64,000 nt of DNA, from positions 1 to 64,000 of IMG/VR virus record IMGVR_UViG_3300046170_000450. One strand, written 5' to 3'. Under the pieces are notes generated by a model. It did not search any database and had not been told where the DNA came from. It was given only the letters and a program-made list of their open reading frames with translations. Position numbers and translations under genes: made by a program. The stretch is from a virus. Shown here piece by piece: positions 56,633-64,000 of this stretch (positions are counted from its first letter, which is position 1; each line of letters starts with the position of its first letter).

Positions 56633-58479
56633 GTTGGGATATAGGAAATCAAAAGCCTTTAAAGAGGGAGCCAGTTAATAATCAAGTTATGGGTCTTGAG
56701 GGTTATCTTGAGGACACTAAAGCGAAAATTTGGTTGTATAAATTTTTAAAGGAAAATGTAACCTTTACTACTGAATTGCTTACTGGCATCGAGCTATTCC
56801 CATTTCAGCACATGGCGGTTAAAGCAATGATGGAGAACGATTACTTTTTGGGTATCTGGTCTCGTGGTATGTCTAAGTCTTTCTCTACTGGTATTTTCGC
56901 ATTGCTAGACGCAATGATGAACCAAGGTGTACATATTGGAATCATTTCAAAATCGTTTCGTCAATCTAAGATGATCTTTCGTAAAATAGAAGATATATCA
57001 CAAGACCCTAAAGCTGAACTGTTTAGACAGTGTATAGGCAAGGTAAGCAAGTCTAATGATGAATGGTCAATGCAAATTGGTAAGAGCCGCATTACTGCCT
57101 TGCCGCTTGGTGACGGAGAAAAGCTTCGTGGTTTTCGTTTCCAGCGTATTATTATTGATGAGCTTCTACTTATGCCAGAAAAAGTTTTGAACGAAGTTAT
57201 TATGCCGTTCCTAGCTGTTGTGGAAAACCCCACAGAACGTCAAAAAATTAAAGATGCAGAAGACGCAATGATTGAGGCTGGCAAGATGACAGAAGAGGAA
57301 AGAACCGAATGGCCATCTAATAAAATGATTGGTTTGTCGTCAGCATCATACAAGTTTGAATATCTCTACAAAATGTATCAAGCCTATGAGAACATGATCT
57401 TTAATCCTGGAGCAAAAAATCAAGGCAGAAGATGCATTATGCAGTTTAGTTATGATTGCGCCCCAAAAGCCCTATATGATGAAAACTTAATATCTCAAGC
57501 AAGAGGAACAATGAGTCAGTCGCAAATCGACCGAGAGTTTAATGCTCAATTTACCGATGACAGTGCTGGCTATTTTAAGATTAGTAAGATGGCTGAATGC
57601 ACTATTGAGGATGGGGAATCCCCTGCCGTAGAAGTGGCTGGCGATCCAGACGCAGGGTATATAATGGCGTTTGACCCCTCTTGGTCTGAGTCAGAAACTT
57701 CTGATGATTTTGCTATACAAGTTATAAAGCTCATGCCAGAAAAAAAGAAAGGTGTCGTTGTCCACAGTTATGCACTTCCTGGGACAAACCTAAAAAAACA
57801 TATGACTTATTTTAAATATCTTTTAGATAGTTTTAATATTATTATGATTGTAGGAGACTACAATGGAGGCGTGCAGTTTATAAACTCTTGCAACGAAAGC
57901 GATATGTTTAAAAAAGAAAAGTTAGAAATAGGGGTTTTTGATCCAAAACTAGATAATCCACACGATTATGAAAAAGACTTGAGGGACGCTAGAAGGAATT
58001 ACAATAAAAGTAGCAATACCATATGCATATTAAGAAAGCCAGTGTCCAACTGGATTAGAAGCGCAAATGAAATGTTGCAAACAGCTTTTGATAGAAAGAG
58101 GTTATATTTTGCTGCGACCGCTATGGATGATAATTATTCTTTGCAAAAAGCAAAAAAGATTCCGATCAAGGAATTAAAGTTTTCAAAGTATGAAGACGAA
58201 AAGAATGTTGGGGCAAAGATGATTGACTTCATTGAACATCAAAAGGATATGATAGACTTAACGAAAGCTGAATGCGCACTTATACAAGTAACTTCGTCTG
58301 CTGGAGGCACTCAAAGTTTTGATCTTCCCAGCAATTTAAAAAGACAGAAGGGCGTAGATAGACCTAGAAAAGACTCCTATTCCGCTATTGTGCTAGGCAA
58401 TTGGGGTATGAATATTTATTACGATATGATGAATATTCCCGAAGAAGCTAACCATGGATTTACTCCGATGTTTATTTAA
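56629..58479 (+). CDS. terL: Terminase large subunit
   Basis: FPFQ, Walker A variant SRGMSKS, LRGFR, IIIDE, REFNAQF, nuclease 'AFDPS', 'KDSYSA'. Confidence 0.9.
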   Translation: MSWDIGNQKPLKREPVNNQVMGLEGYLEDTKAKIWLYKFLKENVTFTTELLTGIELFPFQHMAVKAMMENDYFLGIWSRGMSKSFSTGIFALLDAMMNQGVHIGIISKSFRQSKMIFRKIEDISQDPKAELFRQCIGKVSKSNDEWSMQIGKSRITALPLGDGEKLRGFRFQRIIIDELLLMPEKVLNEVIMPFLAVVENPTERQKIKDAEDAMIEAGKMTEEERTEWPSNKMIGLSSASYKFEYLYKMYQAYENMIFNPGAKNQGRRCIMQFSYDCAPKALYDENLISQARGTMSQSQIDREFNAQFTDDSAGYFKISKMAECTIEDGESPAVEVAGDPDAGYIMAFDPSWSESETSDDFAIQVIKLMPEKKKGVVVHSYALPGTNLKKHMTYFKYLLDSFNIIMIVGDYNGGVQFINSCNESDMFKKEKLEIGVFDPKLDNPHDYEKDLRDARRNYNKSSNTICILRKPVSNWIRSANEMLQTAFDRKRLYFAATAMDDNYSLQKAKKIPIKELKFSKYEDEKNVGAKMIDFIEHQKDMIDLTKAECALIQVTSSAGGTQSFDLPSNLKRQKGVDRPRKDSYSAIVLGNWGMNIYYDMMNIPEEANHGFTPMFI

Positions 58480-58528
58480 AAAGTTCGAAAAGTGACTTTT
58501 AAAAAGTGTAACTAACTTTATAATAGCT

Positions 58529-58684
58529 ATGCCGATACCGAAACCAGGAAAAAAGGAAGAACAAAAACAATTCATGTCTCGTTGCTTGGGCGACAAGGTG
58601 ATGAAAGAAGAATTTAAAGACATCAATCAGAGAATTGCGGTATGCATAACATCATTTAAAGAAAAGGACAAAAAAGATGGCTAA
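58529..58684 (+). CDS. Small head-module protein (51 aa, not in ORF track)
   Basis: MPIPKPGKKEEQKQFMSRC...QRIAVC, a motif I recognise from phage head modules. Confidence 0.75.
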   Translation: MPIPKPGKKEEQKQFMSRCLGDKVMKEEFKDINQRIAVCITSFKEKDKKDG

Positions 58685-60623
58685 AAGAAAATATACGAAA
58701 AAATCTAATTATTGGAACAAATTTCAAAAGGTCTCTAACGAAGCGTCTGCGACCCAACAGGATGTAGAGCCCGCAACAATGGGCGAGGCCTATCACGTTT
58801 CTCACGGGTCGTATAATCGATCTGGTTCTATTAGCAACTTGTCGTCCTCTAGCACATCTACGCGAATTAATAGATCCTCCGTTACGAGTCCACTTAATAA
58901 ATTTAGTCAAATTAGGGGCGGGCTTTTACCTTATGAAATTTCTTCTGACGGAATCAATGTAAGAGAGGCGATTGAGCTTTGCCAAAAAGCTTATGCAAAT
59001 GTTCCGATCTTTAGAAATACTATCGACATGATGTCTGAGTTCGCAAACTCGGAATTGTATCTAGAGGGAGGCAACGCAACATCTAGAAACTTTTTTGAAA
59101 AACTATTAGACAGAATCAAAATTTGGGATTTAAAAGATCAATACTTTAGGGAATACTATAGAAGTGGAAATATTTTCTTGTATCGCATTGATGGTAAATT
59201 TAGCTTAGATGACTACAAAAAGTTTTCGCAAAATGTGTCCGAAGGGCCTTCTCTAAATAAATTTCCTCTTAAATATGTCGTATTGAACCCCTTTGAAATT
59301 GTAGCTAAGCGCAGCACCGTATTTAACACGAAGGATGGAGCTTATGCAAAAATTCTTTCCGAGTTCGACATGGAAAGATTAGCTAACCCCAAAAATGATT
59401 ACGATCAAGCAGTCTTTGATGCGCTAGAACCAGAAGTTCAACAGCAAATCAGGGATGGAGCATACTTTAAAGATGGTTTAAAAATTAACCTAAAGAACGA
59501 TAAAATTTCTTACAGCTTTTATAAAAAGCAAGATTACGAACCATTCGCTATTCCATTTGGCTATCCTGTTCTTGAAGACATTAACGCCAAGATGGAAATG
59601 AAGAAAATGGACCAAGCGATCATGAGAACCGTTGAAAATGTTATTCTAATGATCACGATGGGTGCCGAACCAGACAAGGGGGGCATTAACCCAAACAATG
59701 TAAAAGCGATGCAAAAACTTTTCCAAAATGAATCTGTCGGTAGGGTTTTAGTTTCTGACTATACCACAAAGGCAGACTTTGTTATCCCAGATATCAACAA
59801 GGTTGTTGGGCCAGGAAAATATGAAGTTATTAATAAAGACATTAAGGAAGGGTTGCAAAATATCATTCTTAATGACGACAAATATAATGGCGCTCAAATT
59901 AAAGCTCGTGTATTTTTGGACAGGCTCAAAGAAGCTCGTGAAGCTTTTATTCAAGATTTTCTACAACCAGAAATTAGACGCATAGCTAAAGATTTAGGAT
60001 TCAGATCATACCCGACTGTTAAGTTTAAAGATATAGATTTGCGTGATGAAGTTCAACTTATGAGAGTCGCTACAAGGCTTATGGAGTTGGGCGTTATGAC
60101 TGCAGAACAAGGTATGGATTTATTTCACACTGGAAGGTTTCCCCTTGCTGAAGAGCTGGAAGGAGCGCAAGAAAAGTTCGTGGAGCAAAGAGAAAAAGGT
60201 TACTTTAATCCAGTAGTTGGAGGAGTTCCGATGATTGAACCCGATGAAGAATCCAACGAGCAAAAAAAGAAGCCAGATGGTGGAATGGCTGGAAGGCCAG
60301 AGGGTTCTAAGGATCAATTCTCAAGAGAAAATATTCAAGGCACGATTTATGAAGTGGAAGCGCTAAGCTCTATCGCAAAAGAAAAAATGTTAGAAAAGCT
60401 TGATTCAGAATCATTAAGCGAAGATCAAGAAAAAATGCTGAGCAAGCTATGCGAATCTGTTGTTTGTGCTTCAGAAAAAGAAAATTGGCAGGAAACAATT
60501 ATTTCTTGTGTAAATGATTTTGCGCAGATTGAAAGACTGGGAACCCTGAACGGTGTTTTTGAAATTTCAGACGCTCATAAATTAGAAGTTTATCCATCAG
60601 CAATATTATATCACTCAAAATGA
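58677..60623 (+). CDS. Portal protein
   Basis: Follows TerL. AYANVPIFRNTIDMMSEF, REYYRSGN, YKKQDYEPFAIP. Confidence 0.8.
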   Translation: MAKRKYTKKSNYWNKFQKVSNEASATQQDVEPATMGEAYHVSHGSYNRSGSISNLSSSSTSTRINRSSVTSPLNKFSQIRGGLLPYEISSDGINVREAIELCQKAYANVPIFRNTIDMMSEFANSELYLEGGNATSRNFFEKLLDRIKIWDLKDQYFREYYRSGNIFLYRIDGKFSLDDYKKFSQNVSEGPSLNKFPLKYVVLNPFEIVAKRSTVFNTKDGAYAKILSEFDMERLANPKNDYDQAVFDALEPEVQQQIRDGAYFKDGLKINLKNDKISYSFYKKQDYEPFAIPFGYPVLEDINAKMEMKKMDQAIMRTVENVILMITMGAEPDKGGINPNNVKAMQKLFQNESVGRVLVSDYTTKADFVIPDINKVVGPGKYEVINKDIKEGLQNIILNDDKYNGAQIKARVFLDRLKEAREAFIQDFLQPEIRRIAKDLGFRSYPTVKFKDIDLRDEVQLMRVATRLMELGVMTAEQGMDLFHTGRFPLAEELEGAQEKFVEQREKGYFNPVVGGVPMIEPDEESNEQKKKPDGGMAGRPEGSKDQFSRENIQGTIYEVEALSSIAKEKMLEKLDSESLSEDQEKMLSKLCESVVCASEKENWQETIISCVNDFAQIERLGTLNGVFEISDAHKLEVYPSAILYHSK

Positions 60624-61089
60624 AAGAAATCAAAAATCCCCTAGAAATGAGCGTAGACCGCTCCAACGGCAATATAGAGATATCTATTGCGAAAAAATAC
60701 AGCAAAACTGAAGAAGCTATGTACAAGTCATACATGAATATTTGCTCTATGGATGACAAAGCCTTAGTTGATACTTCTGGTATGGACGAAGAGTCTACGG
60801 CCAAAAGTTGTGGAATGCAATACGATAAAATGAGGGCAATGATGAATGAAGTCGGAGAAGGGGGATTGACTGAAAACCAAAAAAAGCTTCCCTAAACCTT
60901 TGCAAAAAGCCATTTTAGAAAAAATGAAAAAAGAAGGAAAGGCTTTCCGAATCCGATGAAAAGAATTTCAAGCCTCATATGATGTATGATCCAAAAACTG
61001 GCAAAAGCTACGAAGCAAAAACCTACAAAGATCATATGGATATGAAAAAAATGGGCTATACCCACGAGGATCCCAAGAAGAATGCATAA
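60620..61089 (+). CDS. Head-module hypothetical protein (two apparent +1 insertions near 60890 and 60942)
   Basis: Removing one base at each site gives ...QKKLPKPLQKAILEKMKKEGKLSESDEKNFKPHMMYDPKTGK...GYTHEDPKKNA*. Confidence 0.65.
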
Positions 61090-62624
61090 GTACACAGCAA
61101 AGTTCGATTTTGAAATTAAAGCCTGCGAAGAAATTTCAGGCATTAATGTAAGTAAGGCTAATATTGAAAATTTAAGAGAGTTGATACCAACCTCTGTAGA
61201 TTTAGAAAAGAATATTGACTTGATGGGCGTGGCATTTAACGCTGCGGTTGTTAACGAGTTTAATAAGAATGGCGATGGGATTGATACAAAAACAGCAATC
61301 GATTCAGTTCAGCAGTTTATTCATAAACCAACAAATATCGAGCATAACAAGAAAAAAGTTGTTGGTCATATTGTAAATGCTGGCTTTAGCGATTACTCTG
61401 ATAGCTCTATCTTGATTAATGTTGATGAAAACGAAAAAGATGCATTTAATATCGCTTTGGGTGCTGTGGTATATAAGACCGTAGACAAAGAATTTTTTGA
61501 AATACTAGAGAAAAGTACCGACCCAAAAAACAAAATGCACAATACGGTTTCTGCGAGTTGGGAAATTGGGTTTAGCGAATATAAAATCGCAGTAGGCAGT
61601 AAGAATCTCAAGGACGCAGAAATTATTTCTGATCCCGATCAAGTAAGGGAAATGAAAGGGATGCTGAGAGCCTTTGGAGGCAAAGGGAAGACCGAAGATG
61701 GTCGTCCAGTCTACCGACTCATCACTGGTCAAGTTTATCCCCTGGGCATAGGATTTACTATGAAGCCAGCTGCAAATGTTAAGGGTGTAATCAGTCAAGA
61801 GCACAAGCTCGATGAACCCAAAAACAAAAACTCTAATCAAGGGACAAGCCTCACAATTAGAAAAAACGTCAAAGAAAATTTCACAAAAATTAAAAAATAC
61901 TGTAAACAATACTAAAATTATGGAACTAGAAACTCTACTATCAGAATTAAAAGACTCTCTTGCGGAAAAGAAATTTTCTGAAGAAGCTGTCGCTGGCATG
62001 ACTTCGACATTTGCCGAAGCCATTAAACAAAAAGATGATGAGTACAAAGCTTCTCTTGAAGCTGCGGAACAAGAGAAGGCTGAAATCGCTTCTGCGAGAG
62101 AAGAGCTTCAAGCTTCCGTAGAGGCTATCAAGGAGGAACTTAAAGCTGCTCAAGAGCGCATCGAATCTTTCGAGGCGGAAAAGAAGGCTGAAGAAGCAGT
62201 TGCTCGCTTCAATGCTCGTATGGAAGAAATTGATTCCATTTACGATCTTGCAGAAAGTGATAGCTCATTTATTGCAGAAAAGATTAAGGGTCTTGATGAC
62301 ACTGAAGAGTCTTTTGCATCATTTAAGGATGAGCTTACTATTTTCTGGGCATCAAAAAACAAGGAAGCTAAAGCAAAACAAGAAGAAGCTATCGCCGCTC
62401 GCGTCGAAGCTGAAATCGAAAAGCGCCTCAACACAGCAGAAGCATCAGAAGCTACTGAAGCTAAAGAAGAAGCAGTTGCTGAAGAAGTAGACGTTGAAGA
62501 AGCTCTTGAAAATGCAGAAGCTACCGAAGAAGCTCTTCCTAACAATAATGAAGCCCAAGCTTCAAATAAAACTTTTAAGGATAAGTTCGCTGCTGCGTTT
62601 AGCCGTGAAAATATTCTTGGATAA
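61082..62624 (+). CDS. Prohead protease + scaffold (probably one gene broken by an indel near 61820; nested scaffold start 61920)
   Basis: NKNGDG, NIEH, VVGHI, SASWEI protease motifs, then an overlapping Glu/Ala coiled-coil ORF. Confidence 0.7.
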
Positions 62625-62654
62625 ATAAAAAACTAAATTTAACTAAAAAAAATT

Positions 62655-63276
62655 ATGGCACTAAGATTACTTCCATTCAGACAGTATGACGAGCAAGACG
62701 TTGTTAACGTTTTTCGCTCTCCAAAACGCCGATGTTCTTGAGTCCACCACTGGTGACGGCAAGGGTTCTAACGGTGTTTTCGTCAAGGTCACTGACGGTA
62801 ACTTCGACCAAGATGTTATTACTTACGGTTCTAACAGCTATCTTGGCAAGACAGATTACCCTCACGTCGGTGGCGACATGTATCCTACCAACCCTCTTGA
62901 AGTTGCTGCTGCTGCTTCTGGCGAAATCCCTCTTGGATTGACCCTGAATCAAACAGCGAAGACTGATGAGAATGGTGAGAAACTTCTTTATAACGCAACC
63001 AAGAAAGAAGAGCTTCAGGCTGTTCTTCCTGGCCAAAGCGTACCTGTTGCAACTAAAGGTATCTTTACCTTGAGCGCAAACGCAATCGAAGGTGGCGCAG
63101 CTTCTGTGTTCACTGTCGGTGACGGCTTTGAAGTTGCTGGTGATGGCACTTTAGGTCCTGCTACTGCGGGTTCTGCTGAGTCTCTCGGTATGGTTCTTGG
63201 AACTGGCTCACGCTCTTCCCAGGGTGGCCTTACTGACCAGTTCGCTGGTGATTATGTTATCGTCAAACTTGGTTAA
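62655..63276 (+). CDS. Head decoration / capsid-associated protein (frameshift near 62710)
   Basis: MALRLLPFRQYDEQDVVN joins the 62686 ORF if one base is removed. Directly precedes the capsid gene, with high-expression codon usage. Confidence 0.7.
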
Positions 63277-63296
63277 TACGAAAGGAACTTTATAAT

Positions 63297-64000
63297 ATGA
63301 AAATTACTTTGAAAAATACTCCAGAACAAGTCGAGCTTATCAAGGCTATGGCTTCTCGCAACCGTGACGTTGCTTACGAAGCTCAAACTGCCCTTGCTGA
63401 GTTTATCGGACCTGTTCTCGCAGAAGTTATCAACAATGCACCTGCGTTGTCTAACCTCTTTACTACTCTTCAGTACAACGCTGATGACAATCCTTCGATT
63501 CCGTTGGATCTGTATTTCGACGTTTCTGATGAAGACTATGTTCAAGTTTATAGCCAAAGCCGTGCTGGTGGTCTTCCTACTTCGGAAGTTCTTCCAACAT
63601 CTTCGGAGCTCAAGATCGCTACTTATAGCCTTGATTCCGCTGTGAGCTTTGATCGTCGTTATGCTGCTAAGAGCCGCATGGACGTTGTTGCTAAAACAAT
63701 GACTCGTGTTGCACAAGAAATTCTTCTTAAGCAAAACAAGATCTCTGCTAATGTTGTAATGAAAGCTCTTGCTAACGCTGAAACTAACGGCTTCAAGCAC
63801 GTTCAGTCTTCTGCTGCTGCTGACCGTTTCGTTCTTGCTGACCTTAACAGCATGATCACTCGCTCGAAGAGAATTGTTACCTCTTTCGTTGGTGGCACTC
63901 CTGACGCTCGTCAGGGTCGTGGTGTAACCGATATCGTTTGCTCTCCTGAAATCGTGGAAGAGCTTCGTGCTATCGCTTACAATCCAATCAACACCAAAGT
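63297..64000 (+). CDS. Major capsid protein, partial
   Basis: Open to the edge: MKITLKNTPEQVELIKAMASRNRDVAYEAQ...VTDIVCSPEIVEELR. Position after scaffold/decoration genes and biased codon usage. Confidence 0.85.
   Translation, partial: MKITLKNTPEQVELIKAMASRNRDVAYEAQTALAEFIGPVLAEVINNAPALSNLFTTLQYNADDNPSIPLDLYFDVSDEDYVQVYSQSRAGGLPTSEVLPTSSELKIATYSLDSAVSFDRRYAAKSRMDVVAKTMTRVAQEILLKQNKISANVVMKALANAETNGFKHVQSSAAADRFVLADLNSMITRSKRIVTSFVGGTPDARQGRGVTDIVCSPEIVEELRAIAYNPINTK

Noticed and set aside
60885-62715. Programmed frameshifts or pseudogenes in head genes (60890, 60942, ~61820, ~62710; also 10522)
   Set aside because: All look like single extra bases at short homopolymers in otherwise intact, mostly essential genes. 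Most likely long-read or assembly errors. Needs read checking.
63273-63800. Minus-strand 175-aa ORF and plus-strand 93-aa ORF
   Set aside because: Shadow frames of the major capsid gene starting at 63297.
1-64000. Stop-codon reassignment (alternative genetic code)
   Set aside because: Long genes are intact in code 11, TAA/TAG/TGA all end genes, and there is no suppressor tRNA.
1-64000. Host assignment or prophage status
   Set aside because: No integrase, att site or host genes are visible, so the host cannot be supported from this sequence alone.

Overview
A 64 kb segment of a large tailed dsDNA phage genome (lambda-like L/K/I/J tail-tip module, so probably a non-contractile tail; host unknown). 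Left to right: tail-tip genes (minus, 1-7.8 kb); two BspA-type LRR proteins and a sulfotransferase; a plus-strand block of small genes plus MazG-like, speD/speE, rIIA/HhH-glycosylase/rIIB, DenV-like, macrodomain and RuvB-like genes (12-30.4 kb); a convergent minus-strand region (30.5-41.1 kb) of very small, individually promoted, mostly leaderless genes; 12 tRNA genes (11 clustered at 42.4-44.4 kb); two fibre+trypsin-protease modules; and PhoH, sigma-like, ERCC4 nuclease, terminase, portal, protease/scaffold and major capsid genes (truncated at the right edge). The most striking unexplained structure is in the 30.5-40.0 kb region. Ten copies of a fixed-geometry 77-bp element (27-bp palindrome, 23-bp GC-rich spacer, 27-bp palindrome; arms resemble IHF sites) delimit promoter+gene modules whose stop codons abut or lie inside the element, and three copies are preceded by sigma54-like -24/-12 motifs. 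Other oddities: a tRNA-Gly with an 8-nt anticodon-loop insertion, a tRNA-Asn with a long variable arm, a ~520-nt candidate ncRNA and an AGTGTAA late-promoter candidate. Five single-base frameshifts look like sequencing errors. All protein calls come from motif recognition by eye, not database searches.
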